Part shown: positions 39,291 to 50,359 of the stretch, in pieces
Layout of the letters: the number at the start of each line of letters is the position of its first letter
Numbering within the stretch: position 1 is the first letter of the stretch
Source of the DNA: Minisyncoccota bacterium
Lineage (GTDB): Bacteria; Patescibacteriota; Minisyncoccia; Phycocordibacterales; JBAYLF01
Assembly (NCBI GenBank): GCA_041664205.1
Contig: JBAYLF010000001.1
Coordinates: forward strand, 3,380 to 67,379
Length of the DNA stretch: 64,000 bases
Reading direction: 5' to 3'
Program-made: the position numbers and the translations under genes
The notes under the pieces: generated by a model
The model's input: only the letters and a program-made list of their open reading frames with translations
Told to the model about the DNA's origin: nothing
Database searches by the model: none

Positions 39291-39449
39291 TTAAAAACCT
39301 AAAATAGAAGAAACACCGCTAACAATTTCTGCTGGAGTTGTGTCTGTAAGATAGCTTGCAGCTACAACAATAACGAAAAAACTCGCTGAGATTATAGCAA
39401 TAAAACCAAAAAAGAATTTGAAAAACTCTTTATCAAAATATTTAAACAT
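39291..39449 (-). CDS. Possible 52-aa hydrophobic micro-protein (MFKYFDKEFFKFFFGFIAIISASFFVIVVAASYL...), not in the ORF track
   Basis: ATG 5 nt after the stop of the upstream TPR gene; single TM helix. Confidence 0.2.
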   Translation of the reverse strand: MFKYFDKEFFKFFFGFIAIISASFFVIVVAASYLTDTTPAEIVSGVSSILGF

Positions 39450-39454
39450 AAATT

Positions 39455-40159
39455 TTATAAAGTTTTTAGAAAATCTCTAAGCTCTGAACTTGAAGGATTT
39501 ACTTTTATTCCATCTTCTATAATTGATTTAGCTTTAGATGTATTCTTCAAAACATCGCGATAAAATTCTGCTACTTGGAAATAGAGATATACTTGTTGTG
39601 AACCATTTTTCAAAGCCTGAAGATAATTTGCTTCTGCTTTAACATTATCTTTAAGATAATAACCATAAAGATTTCCTAGATTTCCAAAAGATACGTAATC
39701 ATTAAGAGTAATTTTTGAAGCATATTCCCAAGCAGATGCAGCTTGTAAATAATCCCCTGCCATCTTTAGATTAGAACCTAAATTCATCCATACTTCTGGC
39801 TGTTTAGGATCTTTCTTTAAATTATCACGGAGAGTGTTTATGTTTTTTGTTAATTGATCTTTAGCAACATTATCTAATGCAGAATTAAAGTTAATTGATT
39901 TATTAAGATCTGGCACAGGTATTTGCTCTTCTGTTGGAACTTGTTCAATTGTAAAATTACCCCCTTCAGAGACTTCGGCTGTAACACCACCGACATCAAC
40001 AGTTCTTGTAGAAGTTGAAGTATTGTCAGTAGTTGCCGATTGATTTTCTTGATTTGTTTTGTTAACAGGTGAAGCTGATTTATAAAATTTAAAATAACAT
40101 AAAGCAATAATTGCCAATGTAACAATAACAACTAATATAATGATTTGATTTTTTCTCAT
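39455..40159 (-). CDS. Membrane-anchored TPR-repeat protein
   Basis: N-terminal TM helix; C-terminal TPR-like W/Y/L/A periodicity. Confidence 0.5.
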   Translation of the reverse strand: MRKNQIIILVVIVTLAIIALCYFKFYKSASPVNKTNQENQSATTDNTSTSTRTVDVGGVTAEVSEGGNFTIEQVPTEEQIPVPDLNKSINFNSALDNVAKDQLTKNINTLRDNLKKDPKQPEVWMNLGSNLKMAGDYLQAASAWEYASKITLNDYVSFGNLGNLYGYYLKDNVKAEANYLQALKNGSQQVYLYFQVAEFYRDVLKNTSKAKSIIEDGIKVNPSSSELRDFLKTL

Positions 40160-40232
40160 ACAATATATTATATTTGCTTACTACAATAAAGTCCAGTTGC
40201 TCATTGGTATCTGCTCGCTACCCCGAGTAACG

Positions 40233-40305
40233 TGTCATTCCCATGCAGGCAGTAATCTAGAGTATAAAGATGAAAACTAGATTCCCGCCTGCGCGGGAAT
40301 GACAG
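40233..40305. repeat. Family-1 palindromic element, copy B (left arm degenerate)
   Basis: gtcattcccatgcaggcagtaatctag..ctagattcccgcctgcgcgggaatgacag. Confidence 0.55.
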
Positions 40306-40450
40306 AAAAAGTTTAAGAATTGACAATATTAGACCTATTTCAAAAGTCCGTGTTCGCGCTCTTTCAAGATTTTTTGTATAGCAAAAACACCCCTTTCGGG
40401 GTGTTTTTGAGCCTTCATCTAAACTAAGTCTAGATAAACACAAGTGGCTA

Positions 40451-43400
40451 TTAGTTTGATCGTGTTTGACTCAAACCGTTTGATGGGAATCCTGGCAATG
40501 CAAATCCGTTTGTCCAATCATTAGCTGTAAGAGCTGATGTTGTTGTTGCATTTGGTGACCAGTAGAAAGCAGGTCGTGTATTGTCAGCTGAAGCTGCGTA
40601 TTTTCCTGTCAAACCTGTTGTGGATGACATGAATCCGTAGCCTGATGCTGCTGTACCAAGTGATCTTACACCGTTTGTGTATGATGTATCACCATTCAAA
40701 GTTGTTGTAACTGAGTAACTAGTTGCTGAACCAGTAACAGTTGCTCGAACTTCAAAGTATCTTGTTGCGCCAGCTGGAACCTGAAGTGTTGTAGTTGCTG
40801 ATCCAGTTGTTTGAGGTGCAATTATAAGATATGGGGTAACTGCTATGTCTTGGTTATTTGGCTCTTGGTTAAGATCCATCATTTGTCCTCCTGTTCCTAC
40901 ACCTGTTACTGCTTGTGAGTAACCTGCATCAGTAAATGCGTAAACGTTTACCGCAGATACTGTTGCTGATGTTGTTGATATGGAGAACTTGAACTTTGAA
41001 AGTCCTATTGGTCCATGACTATCAGCTGTAACTTTGAATCTCATTAATCGTCCGTCAGCAACACCTAGTGATGATAACGTATCGATTGCTAGTGTTGGGA
41101 ATGATTTAAACATTCTTACACCTGAAACTGCTGTTGAACCTGTTCCTTCAATAGTTGTGCCTGATGAAGCTCCTGTTCCTTGAGCACTGTTGTAATCAAT
41201 TGCAATTAAGTGACCTTGTGTACCTGTTTGTGAAGTACCAATGTTTGCCAAGTTTGCTTTGATTGTCAACACTGTGTCAGTGTCTTTTGCTAGAACAACT
41301 GGTGTTGCAAATGTTGAGGTTGCAGTTGTAGCTGAACCTGTAAATGTTGCTACACCTACCAATGTTGCACCATTGTAGACTGATACCTGTGTAAGGTCTG
41401 ATGATGAACTTGATGCTGTGTTTGTTAGAGCAAGACCGATTTTATTTAGGTTTACTGCTTCATCTGTAGGTCTGAACTTTATAACGCCCATTACTACATC
41501 TGATGAACCAGCTGCTGCTACAGAGTATGAAGGACTTGAAGAATCTAATGATACTGCAAGTGTTCCATAAGATGAAAGTGTCATTAATTGACCTGCATTG
41601 TCATTCTCTGTAATTGTTGCTGACTGTCCTGAAGTCTTACCAGTTGCTGTAGGTGATGATGCTGAATCATAACCCCATTTGTATGAACCGGTTGCGCCTC
41701 CAGCTATATCACACTTAAGTGAAAGTGTTTTTACAGTTCCTTTTGCGATCGTGATTGGAGCGTCAAAAGTAAATGCTGATGATGAAGCTGCTGCTGTTGG
41801 GTTCTTTGCATTTGAACCTGTTGTTAGTGAAGTTGCTCCATCATAAAGCTGACAGTTTGTAAGATTTGTTGCTGTTGAAGCACCAATGTTGTATTCCAAT
41901 GGAAGTGAAGACATTGATAGATCTTCTCCTGAAAGTGATGCGTCTAATTGATAGTTAGCGAATATGAAACTTGAACCACCTACAACTGTTTGAGCAAGTG
42001 GGTTTGCTGATACGCTAATTGTCACTGATGCAGCTTTTGCAGTCATAGCATTAGATGTAACTGCTGTTGTTGGAGCTGCTGTGATTGAATTTCCTGTTGA
42101 TTGACCTGTAACTGATGTCCATTGTGATGAAGGTGTTGTGTTTAGTTGTACAGTATCATCATTTGAGAATGTTGTTCCAAGTTTACCCTTAACTGTGTAT
42201 GTGTGAATTCCTACTGGGAATGTCACTGTGTTTGTAAAGGTAACTAAACTTGCTGTTGCGTCAACTGGACCTGCAACAATTGCTCCATTCTCATCAAACA
42301 ATGAAATACCTGTGATATCTGTTGTTGATGTTGAGTTAGAGAATTTGATTGATGCAACTGATACTGGCTCACCTTTTACTTCAACTGTGAATCCGCCTAA
42401 TGGCTGATTTGAAAGGTTGATAGCAACGTTTTGAGCTGCTACAGTATTAGACTTTGAAACTGTGATTGTTCCAGCCGAAACTGTAACAATTGAAGCATCA
42501 TACCAAGGATTTGTTGCTGCGAATCCTGTTCCTGATGTAGGAGGTGTTATTCCGTATCCGTATAGATCACCTGTTACATTAAGGTCAGTGTTTCGATAAA
42601 GATCGAAAGCGATTGTTCTTCCTGAACCGCTTACGATATCACCTTTGATTGAAATCTCTGATGACATTCCTTTATCAAGAAGAATTGATGGTGAGAATGA
42701 AGCTGTGTAGTATTTACCATCTGATGAAACTACTGTTGGGTATGAAACACCATCAACGATAGTTACTACATTAGCAAGATCTCCTGATCCTACTGAACCT
42801 GATTGGTTCCATCGGATTGAATTTATTCTTACTTTCTCGTTTGAACCTGCTGTGATTCTTACTGAAGAGAAAGTGTATCCTGTGTTACCAACATTCTTTG
42901 TCTGATCTCCTGCTGGATCAAGTGGACCTCGTTGGTTTGTAATTGTTCCAATTGAAAGTGTTGCGTTAATTGTGTGTGCTGCTCCTACTATTGGAAGAGC
43001 ACCGGCTACTGTTGCTGAAGAGTTAACTGCTACTACTGCTAGCTGTGGAACTTCACCTGCCTTTACTGTTGCTACTGCTGCTAGAGTACCTGCAATTGTT
43101 ACTACTTTAGATTGTCCTGCTTTTATAACAAATGGTGTTGAAAGAATTGCTTGATGATTTGAATCAAGAGTCTTTTCTAGGCCAATTTGTGTACCGTTCT
43201 CATCTAAGAGATCGATACCAACGAAGTTTACATCTTGTGCAAGACCTCGTCTTTCAACAGTAATGCTATTTACTGTAACATCTCCGTCAGTTGAAGCTGA
43301 GAGTCTCACTTTTGTGAATGGAACTCTTGCTGCTGTTGCTGGTGCTAGAGAGTTAGCTGGTTGAACATCTGCTGAAACAGTTAATCCTGTTCCTGATGTT

Positions 43401-43933
43401 GCTGGTGTGCCAGGTGTTACTGGTGTTACTGGTGTTGTTGGAGTAGTTGCTGCGCAAAGAGCATTAAGTTTTGCTCTTGTTGTTACTCCTACATAACCTG
43501 TTCCTGATGTAAGACCTAGTGGTGCTAATATTTCAGATGCATAGTGATTCTGGAAATTCTTTACAGCAGCCTTTGTAAGACCACCGAAATAAGTTGACTC
43601 ATTTCCTTTTGAACCTACGCCTGCTGAAGCTACTTGAGTAGCTGGGTTTGCATTAAGAGCTACTTGCAATTGTCTTACTGCTTCACCTGTTGAACCTACT
43701 GTAAGGTTGCTTGTGAATGTATAAGAACATGCTCCTCCTGTTGAACCTCCTGTTGTTGCATTAAGCTGTGCTTGCAAAGACTGAATTGTTGCAAGAAGAC
43801 TTTGAATTTGTGCTTGAAGATCAGATGCACTCTGCGCATTTGCAGGAACAACTGCTACTCCAGCCACAAGACTCAAAACCATAGCGGTACCCAAAAAAGC
43901 GGCACCAAGTTTTGCTAAATGTGTTTTTAACAT
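40451..43933 (-). CDS. Giant (1160 aa) secreted surface protein: signal peptide, coiled Q/L-rich segment, PG_binding_1-like domain, then about 950 aa of Thr/Ser/Gly/Ala/Val-rich beta-repeat low-complexity sequence (S-layer/adhesin-like)
   Basis: GSTGEAVRQLQVALN..FGGLTKAAVKNFQ PG-binding signature; composition. Confidence 0.55.
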   Translation of the reverse strand: MLKTHLAKLGAAFLGTAMVLSLVAGVAVVPANAQSASDLQAQIQSLLATIQSLQAQLNATTGGSTGGACSYTFTSNLTVGSTGEAVRQLQVALNANPATQVASAGVGSKGNESTYFGGLTKAAVKNFQNHYASEILAPLGLTSGTGYVGVTTRAKLNALCAATTPTTPVTPVTPGTPATSGTGLTVSADVQPANSLAPATAARVPFTKVRLSASTDGDVTVNSITVERRGLAQDVNFVGIDLLDENGTQIGLEKTLDSNHQAILSTPFVIKAGQSKVVTIAGTLAAVATVKAGEVPQLAVVAVNSSATVAGALPIVGAAHTINATLSIGTITNQRGPLDPAGDQTKNVGNTGYTFSSVRITAGSNEKVRINSIRWNQSGSVGSGDLANVVTIVDGVSYPTVVSSDGKYYTASFSPSILLDKGMSSEISIKGDIVSGSGRTIAFDLYRNTDLNVTGDLYGYGITPPTSGTGFAATNPWYDASIVTVSAGTITVSKSNTVAAQNVAINLSNQPLGGFTVEVKGEPVSVASIKFSNSTSTTDITGISLFDENGAIVAGPVDATASLVTFTNTVTFPVGIHTYTVKGKLGTTFSNDDTVQLNTTPSSQWTSVTGQSTGNSITAAPTTAVTSNAMTAKAASVTISVSANPLAQTVVGGSSFIFANYQLDASLSGEDLSMSSLPLEYNIGASTATNLTNCQLYDGATSLTTGSNAKNPTAAASSSAFTFDAPITIAKGTVKTLSLKCDIAGGATGSYKWGYDSASSPTATGKTSGQSATITENDNAGQLMTLSSYGTLAVSLDSSSPSYSVAAAGSSDVVMGVIKFRPTDEAVNLNKIGLALTNTASSSSSDLTQVSVYNGATLVGVATFTGSATTATSTFATPVVLAKDTDTVLTIKANLANIGTSQTGTQGHLIAIDYNSAQGTGASSGTTIEGTGSTAVSGVRMFKSFPTLAIDTLSSLGVADGRLMRFKVTADSHGPIGLSKFKFSISTTSATVSAVNVYAFTDAGYSQAVTGVGTGGQMMDLNQEPNNQDIAVTPYLIIAPQTTGSATTTLQVPAGATRYFEVRATVTGSATSYSVTTTLNGDTSYTNGVRSLGTAASGYGFMSSTTGLTGKYAASADNTRPAFYWSPNATTTSALTANDWTNGFALPGFPSNGLSQTRSN

Positions 43934-44659
43934 ATTTTTAATATTAATAACTCCTACATTCTTAATTAATAAACGTAATGAATGAGAAGCTATTTTTACA
44001 CACGAATTAAACTAGACTCGACTTCTAATATACATCGTATGTGTTGACATAAAATTTATTAATAAATTTTATGTCGTGCGACTTATTATCTGAAAATTAT
44101 TTCAAATAACATTCGCAGACTACTCAAAACCGTCTTATATTTTATCGACACAAGACGATTAGATTAGTTAATAATAAAGACCGAATTTTCTCTCTTAAAC
44201 AATCATAAACAGAACAAAGAAATTTCTGAAATTTTTTAAAAATCGACATATAAAACTTCTAAAAAAATAGAGGCTTCTTAATGTGATTTTTTAAGAATAA
44301 ACAACGACTTAGTATTTGTATTCTTTTGTCAATGATCCGCTTCGTTCCGCAAATATATTGGCTTAAAACCAATATCCATAAACAAAGCTCGTAGATAGCA
44401 ATAATACTAAATTATTACTAAAAATACAAGTGTCTAGTGGGTTTTCACTATCTTTGCAGTATATAAGCAATGTCGCACATAAAAATACGAATTCATTACT
44501 TGTAACATTATTATATCTTTAGCCATAAAAACCTGCAAAATATAAGTGTGGATAAGTTGTGAAGACGTTTTTTAAGAAAATATGTTTGCTATTTTTTAAC
44601 AAAAAAGACAAAAAAGCCTTACTTGGCTTGGTTTTTTAGACTATAGAATTTAAACTAAT

Positions 44660-45475
44660 TTAAATTATAGAATATTTACTCCATCTTCTTTCTCCTTCTT
44701 TTTTTAAAAACCCTTGATTTACTAACGATAAAAGCTCTCTTTGAATGGTTTTTTCACTACAATCATTAAAAAGAATTGCTATATCCTTTATGCTCAAAGA
44801 ACCCTTTGTTTTTAAAATACTAACTATCACTTCTTTCCTCCTATTTTGGGGAGAATTTTTCTGATATTCATCTTTTGAAAGAAGAGGTGTATCATCACCA
44901 TAATTTTTGTTGTTTATAGGCTTAATTTTGTGAGTAAAATCTGGCTTTATAGCCTTGATTTCTATTGTTTTTTCGTCATTTTTTAAAGCAGGCACTGAAT
45001 TAAAATTCTTGTTTATTTCTTTGTTATCTTTCTCTGCAAAAAAGAAATCGCTACTCAAAGTTAATTCCCTATTAAAATCAGTGCTCTTTAATTTAGACAC
45101 AATATTACTGACTAAATTAAACTCATTTTTCAAGATATTTAAATTAACTTCAGAAATAATTTTCGAAACAAAAGCTATATCGAAAAATATGAGCGTATTA
45201 TTAAAATTTTCTAAGACTCTTTTTTTTATATCTACGTGATCTGATGTTTTTGTAAAGGACATAATTAAAGATAGCAGGTCTATACCTTCTGAACGAATCT
45301 TCCATTTCAAAGATTCTTTGTCCGATAGATGATTGGTAACTAGATGCATAGCAGCAACCAATCTTTCTGTCTTTTTGATTAAATACTCATATCCATCATT
45401 CAGAAAAATATCTGGCTTGATTTCAGTTCCGTTATTATAATTAGCTTTAAATTCTTTTGAATAATTAGATTCCAT
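44660..45475 (-). CDS. Hypothetical protein with a C-terminal winged-helix DNA-binding-like domain (SIKDIAILFNDCSEKTIQRELLSLVNQGFLKKEGERRWSKY)
   Basis: ORF; wHTH-like C-terminus; divergent from ftsK. Confidence 0.35.
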   Translation of the reverse strand: MESNYSKEFKANYNNGTEIKPDIFLNDGYEYLIKKTERLVAAMHLVTNHLSDKESLKWKIRSEGIDLLSLIMSFTKTSDHVDIKKRVLENFNNTLIFFDIAFVSKIISEVNLNILKNEFNLVSNIVSKLKSTDFNRELTLSSDFFFAEKDNKEINKNFNSVPALKNDEKTIEIKAIKPDFTHKIKPINNKNYGDDTPLLSKDEYQKNSPQNRRKEVIVSILKTKGSLSIKDIAILFNDCSEKTIQRELLSLVNQGFLKKEGERRWSKYSII

Positions 45476-45739
45476 AGATTTACTCCTATGTCTTTTAAGA
45501 GTTCCTAAAAGACATTGATATTCTTGTGTCTTTTACAGATTTAACAATTGTCCTTTATATTTTTAACAGCTCTTTTTTTAAATTAGTGTCTTTTAAGAAA
45601 AGTATATATCGGACAATCTATACTGTAAAGAATTCTTTAATCTTTATATCTGTGTTGAAATATTTGGTTTCCATTAATTTTTATGTTTTGTTAAGAAATA
45701 TTTTAATAAAATGAGTATTTTGTTATATAATTAAGACAA

Positions 45740-47938
45740 ATGAGAAAAAAAGAAAACGATCTAGATAATAATAAAGATGTAGAAGTTTCTACTCACAAAA
45801 GAAAGAGTCTTAAAGATGAAACTAAACACGGAATACTAACGGTAAGCTTCTTTGCCTTATCTATATTTTTTATTCTAGCGTCTTTTAATGTTGCTGGCAG
45901 TGCGGGAGATTATATTTATTCAATACTTTCAATTCTTTTAGGTATTGGATATTTCCTTATTCCTATATTGCTTATAATATTATCTGTCTCTCTAATTAAA
46001 TTAAAAGAACATTTTGTTGTTTCGAAAGCAATTGGAGCATCAATATTTTTAATCTCATCATTAGGAATTATTGAAATTTTAGATAAAGATTCTGGAGGTA
46101 TCTTGGGACGATTTATTGCTTGGCCTTTTTTAAGTTTGTTTGATTACTATGCTTCATTAATATTTTTAATAGCTATTTTTATAATTTCGATCCTCACTAT
46201 TTTTGATACTAAATTAAATTTAGAATCTATCTTAATGTGGATTAAAAAATTATTTAAAAAAGAAACCAACGAAGATCAAGTTTGTTTTGATCCAGACAGT
46301 GTAAAACCTGAAAATGTTTCAAAAATAGAAGAAGAACTATCTAAAAAAGAATCTTCAGAAATGAAAGTTTCTGGAGCATTTAATGAAAAAAATAAAAAAG
46401 ACGATTTGCAGGAAATATTTAATCCTCACCTAGTTCCATTTTTATCAAAAGAATATATACCTCCTCCCCTATCAATTCTTCAAGGAGATCGTGGTAAGCC
46501 TGGAGTTGGAGATATAAAAGCAAATGCAAATATAATAAAAAGAACATTCGCAAACTTCGGCATAGATGTAGAAATGGATGAAGTATGTATAGGCCCAACA
46601 GTAACAAGATACTCATTGAAACCTGCTGAAGGAGTAAAACTTTCACGCATCATAGGACTTCAAAATAATCTTTCCTTAGCGCTTGCCGCTCACCCTCTAC
46701 GTATAGAAGCTCCAATCCCAGGAAAATCATTAGTAGGAATTGAAGTTCCAAATAGTGCAAAAACAATAGTTGGACTATCTAATCTTCTTTCTGCTGAAGA
46801 ATTTAGAAATTCTGATAAGCCTCTTCTAATAACTTTAGGAAAGGACATTACTGGTAAATCTCACTTCGCCAATATAGCAAAAATGCCTCACATGCTTATT
46901 GCAGGTGCAACTGGCTCTGGAAAATCAGTTACAATTCATGCCATTATCGCTTCCCTTCTTTACCGAAACTCTCCTGAAAATCTAAGATTCATAATGATAG
47001 ATCCAAAGCGAGTTGAGTTAACACTCTACAATAAAATTCCACACCTACTAACTCCTGTTATTACAGATGCTAAAAAAGCAGTTCTGACACTTAAGTGGGC
47101 AACAAAAGAAATGGATCGAAGACTTGATATTCTTGAAGCTGAAGCAGTTAGAGATATTCAGTCATACCATAAAAATGTTTTAGAACCAGAACTTAAAAAA
47201 ATAGAAAATAAAAAGAGCGATGGCACATATAATTCAAAAATGGATATTTTGCCAGAAACAATGCCTTACATTGTAATTATTATCGATGAGTTGGCAGATA
47301 TTATGCAAACATATCCAAGAGAGTTTGAAGCCGTTATTGTGCGCCTAGCTCAAATGAGTCGCGCTGTCGGAATTCATCTTGTTCTCTCTACCCAAAGACC
47401 TTCAGTTAATGTCATCACTGGATTGATCAAAGCAAACATTCCAGGACGCGTCGCGTTGCAAGTTTCATCACAAATAGATTCACGAACCATCTTAGATACT
47501 GGCGGAGCAGAAAAATTATTAGGCGCAGGAGATATGCTTTATCTTTCAGGTGAAATGGCTAACCCTCATCGTATCCAATCAGCATTTATTACAGAAGAAG
47601 AAGTTAAAAAAATAACAAAATATCTAGCAGATAATTATGAAAGCCTACCTAGCGAACTTAATCTTACGGGTGAAAATGTTAGCGAATCCGGTAGTCCTTC
47701 CCTTTCCAATGATATAGATGACATAGACGATGACCTATATGAAGCAGCAAGAGAAGAAGTAATAAAAGCAGGAAAAGCTTCAACTTCTTATCTTCAACGA
47801 AAACTTCGAATCGGATATGCTCGAGCTGCAAGTATTGTAGATATGCTTGAAGAAAGAGGTGTTATCGGACCAGCTGATGGATCAAGACCAAGAGAAGTTA
47901 TCGACGCGGGAGTTCCGTCGGATGACATGATAGAATAG
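45740..47938 (+). CDS. ftsK: DNA translocase FtsK/SpoIIIE
   Basis: N-terminal TM region, Walker A GATGSGKS, C-terminal gamma (winged-helix) domain. Confidence 0.85.
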   Translation: MRKKENDLDNNKDVEVSTHKRKSLKDETKHGILTVSFFALSIFFILASFNVAGSAGDYIYSILSILLGIGYFLIPILLIILSVSLIKLKEHFVVSKAIGASIFLISSLGIIEILDKDSGGILGRFIAWPFLSLFDYYASLIFLIAIFIISILTIFDTKLNLESILMWIKKLFKKETNEDQVCFDPDSVKPENVSKIEEELSKKESSEMKVSGAFNEKNKKDDLQEIFNPHLVPFLSKEYIPPPLSILQGDRGKPGVGDIKANANIIKRTFANFGIDVEMDEVCIGPTVTRYSLKPAEGVKLSRIIGLQNNLSLALAAHPLRIEAPIPGKSLVGIEVPNSAKTIVGLSNLLSAEEFRNSDKPLLITLGKDITGKSHFANIAKMPHMLIAGATGSGKSVTIHAIIASLLYRNSPENLRFIMIDPKRVELTLYNKIPHLLTPVITDAKKAVLTLKWATKEMDRRLDILEAEAVRDIQSYHKNVLEPELKKIENKKSDGTYNSKMDILPETMPYIVIIIDELADIMQTYPREFEAVIVRLAQMSRAVGIHLVLSTQRPSVNVITGLIKANIPGRVALQVSSQIDSRTILDTGGAEKLLGAGDMLYLSGEMANPHRIQSAFITEEEVKKITKYLADNYESLPSELNLTGENVSESGSPSLSNDIDDIDDDLYEAAREEVIKAGKASTSYLQRKLRIGYARAASIVDMLEERGVIGPADGSRPREVIDAGVPSDDMIE

Positions 47939-47975
47939 TATAGATTAAAAATTCATCGTAAATTCCAAATTTTTC

Positions 47976-48004
47976 TGTCATTCTCGCTTTTGCGAGAATG
48001 ACAG
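47976..48004. repeat. Family-1 related solo hairpin (ctgtcattctcgc-tttt-gcgagaatgacag), copy C
   Basis: Read directly. Confidence 0.45.
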
Positions 48005-48047
48005 ATTTAATATTTTTCAAATTTTAAAATTCTGCCAAAAATAAATT

Positions 48048-48503
48048 ATGTTTAACTTAGAAAGAAAAAATCCGGTAGTATTGATAAAAACCTCAATTCT
48101 ATTAATTGTAGTTATCTTCATAGTAAGCTATGGATTCTATCAAGCGCGAAATATTATTGCCAAACCTCAGATAGAAATAACGGGGCCTAAAGACGGATCT
48201 GTTTTTACAAAATCTTTTATCGAAATTGATGGCAAAACAAAAAACATTAATTTTATTTCTTTGAATGATAGACCTATATTTGTTACCGAAGACGGCACTT
48301 TTAAAGAGCAATTGCTCCTCCTACCCGGCTATAATATAATGAAATTTTATGCAAAAGATAAGTTCGGAAGAGAAGTGGTAAAAACTCTTGAATTGATGTA
48401 TAAAGAACAGAACAAAGAAGGTACAACTACCCCGGCAACAACATCAACGATGTCTACATCGACACAAAAAGTAAGCACTTCTACTGAAAAATCTAAAAAA
48501 TAA
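48048..48503 (+). CDS. Membrane-anchored protein with a Thr/Ser-rich C-terminal tail, unknown function
   Basis: N-terminal TM helix. Confidence 0.3.
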   Translation: MFNLERKNPVVLIKTSILLIVVIFIVSYGFYQARNIIAKPQIEITGPKDGSVFTKSFIEIDGKTKNINFISLNDRPIFVTEDGTFKEQLLLLPGYNIMKFYAKDKFGREVVKTLELMYKEQNKEGTTTPATTSTMSTSTQKVSTSTEKSKK

Positions 48504-48541
48504 TTATTAAAATTATAAGAATTAATAAAAAAATAATAGAT

Positions 48542-49567
48542 ATGGCAAAAAAACCAAACGAAAAAGAAAAAGTGCTCAAAAGCGAAAGACCACTCGCAAG
48601 CATAGAAGATACAATTAAAGATATAAAAACAAAGTTCGGCGATGATGCAATAATGAAACTTGGTGAAAAACCTAAAGTTGATATCAACGCAATTCCAACA
48701 GGATCGATCGGTCTTGATGCAGCGCTCGGAGTCGGCGGTTTGCCAAGAGGAAGAATAATTGAAATTTTTGGACCAGAATCATCTGGAAAAACTACCCTAT
48801 CGCTTCACGTTGTTGCGGAAGCTCAAAAGAAAGGTGGCATTTGTGCTTTTATTGATGCTGAACACGCTATGGATCCTGAATACTCTAAAAAACTTGGTGT
48901 AAAAATAGACGAACTTCTAATTTCCCAACCAGACACAGGAGAACAGGCACTTGAAATTGTTGAAAGCCTTGTTCGTTCAGGAAAGCTTGATGTAATCGTT
49001 ATTGACTCAGTTGCCGCATTAACTCCAAAAGATGAAATTGAGGGCGATATGGGAGCGTCACACATGGGTAAACAAGCCCGTCTGATGTCTCAAGCACTCC
49101 GAAAACTCACAGCTATCGTAGCAAGAAGCAAAACCATTGTTATCTTTATTAACCAAATAAGAATGCAGATTGGCGTTATGTTTGGAAATCCAGAAACAAC
49201 TCCAGGCGGAAAAGCTTTGAAATTTTATACATCAGTAAGACTTGATATCCGCAGAATCGCCCAAATCAAAAAAGGAGAAGAAATTGTTGGGGGACGAGTT
49301 AGAGTTAAGGTTGTAAAGAACAAGGTTGCGGCTCCATTTAAGCAAACAGAGTTCGATCTTATGTATAACGAAGGCATCTCTAAAGAAGGAGAAATCATAG
49401 CTTTGGGAGAAAAATACGAGATCATCACAAAATCTGGTTCCTCATATGCTTTCGGAGAAGAAAAACTAGGACGAGGCTACGATGCCACGCGAACATATCT
49501 AAAAGAAAATCCAAAAATTTCCGACACAATACTCAAACAAATCCGAGAAAAACTTAAAGAACTCTAA
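48542..49567 (+). CDS. recA: Recombinase RecA
   Basis: GPESSGKTT Walker A and RecA core throughout. Confidence 0.95.
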   Translation: MAKKPNEKEKVLKSERPLASIEDTIKDIKTKFGDDAIMKLGEKPKVDINAIPTGSIGLDAALGVGGLPRGRIIEIFGPESSGKTTLSLHVVAEAQKKGGICAFIDAEHAMDPEYSKKLGVKIDELLISQPDTGEQALEIVESLVRSGKLDVIVIDSVAALTPKDEIEGDMGASHMGKQARLMSQALRKLTAIVARSKTIVIFINQIRMQIGVMFGNPETTPGGKALKFYTSVRLDIRRIAQIKKGEEIVGGRVRVKVVKNKVAAPFKQTEFDLMYNEGISKEGEIIALGEKYEIITKSGSSYAFGEEKLGRGYDATRTYLKENPKISDTILKQIREKLKEL

Positions 49568-49653
49568 AAAAAATCAATCGCTACACTACCCTGTAGCGAT
49601 TGATTTTTAAAGTTTATATGGTAGATTAAGCTTAATAAATAACAGCAAATAAC

Positions 49654-50238
49654 ATGCTTGAATATAACGAAATAAAAGAAAGAAAATATATAATCTTTGA
49701 GGACGAACCATATGAAGTTCTAACTTCTCACGTTTTTAGAAAACAACAACGAAAGCCCGTAAACGCAACAAAATTACGAAACTTAATGACAGGAAGAATT
49801 GTTGAACACTCTTTTCACGTATCAGACAAAGCAGAAGAAGCTGATCTTGCCACAAAAGAAGTTAAATTTCTTTTCACAAACAAAGGCGAATGGTGGTTCT
49901 GTGAAATAAATGATCCATCTAAACGTTTTTCCCTTCCAGAAACTCTTATTGGCCCTGCTGGACGCTTTTTAAAACCAAATTCAATTGTAGATACATTAAT
50001 ATTCACAAGTCCTGACGACGATGATGATAAAAAAACAATTGGGGTTAAGCTTCCTATTAAAGTAGAACTTAAGGTAATTGAGGCAGCACCAGCGGTTAAA
50101 GGCAACACCACAGGTGGCGCAAACAAAACAGTAAAACTAGAAACTGGCGCAGATATAAATGTTCCCCTATTCGTAAACCAAGGAGACATTCTTAGAATAA
50201 ATACCGAAACTGGCGACTATGTAGAAAGAGTTTCATAA
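49654..50238 (+). CDS. efp: Elongation factor P
   Basis: Three-domain EF-P-length protein with KOW-like N-terminus. Confidence 0.8.
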   Translation: MLEYNEIKERKYIIFEDEPYEVLTSHVFRKQQRKPVNATKLRNLMTGRIVEHSFHVSDKAEEADLATKEVKFLFTNKGEWWFCEINDPSKRFSLPETLIGPAGRFLKPNSIVDTLIFTSPDDDDDKKTIGVKLPIKVELKVIEAAPAVKGNTTGGANKTVKLETGADINVPLFVNQGDILRINTETGDYVERVS

Positions 50239-50359
50239 TTAAAAAAATTCATTTTAAAACCGCGTCTTTATTACCAAAGGCGCGGTTTTAAATTTTCGCA
50301 TATATAAATAAATCCCGCTTAGTAATACACTAAGCGGGATTAAAATCTTTGCAATAATT

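Noticed and set aside
40201-40443. 80-aa ORF MCLSRLSLDEGS... on the minus strand
   Set aside because: It lies entirely within repeat copy B and its flanks. It has no coding signature and sits downstream of a terminator.
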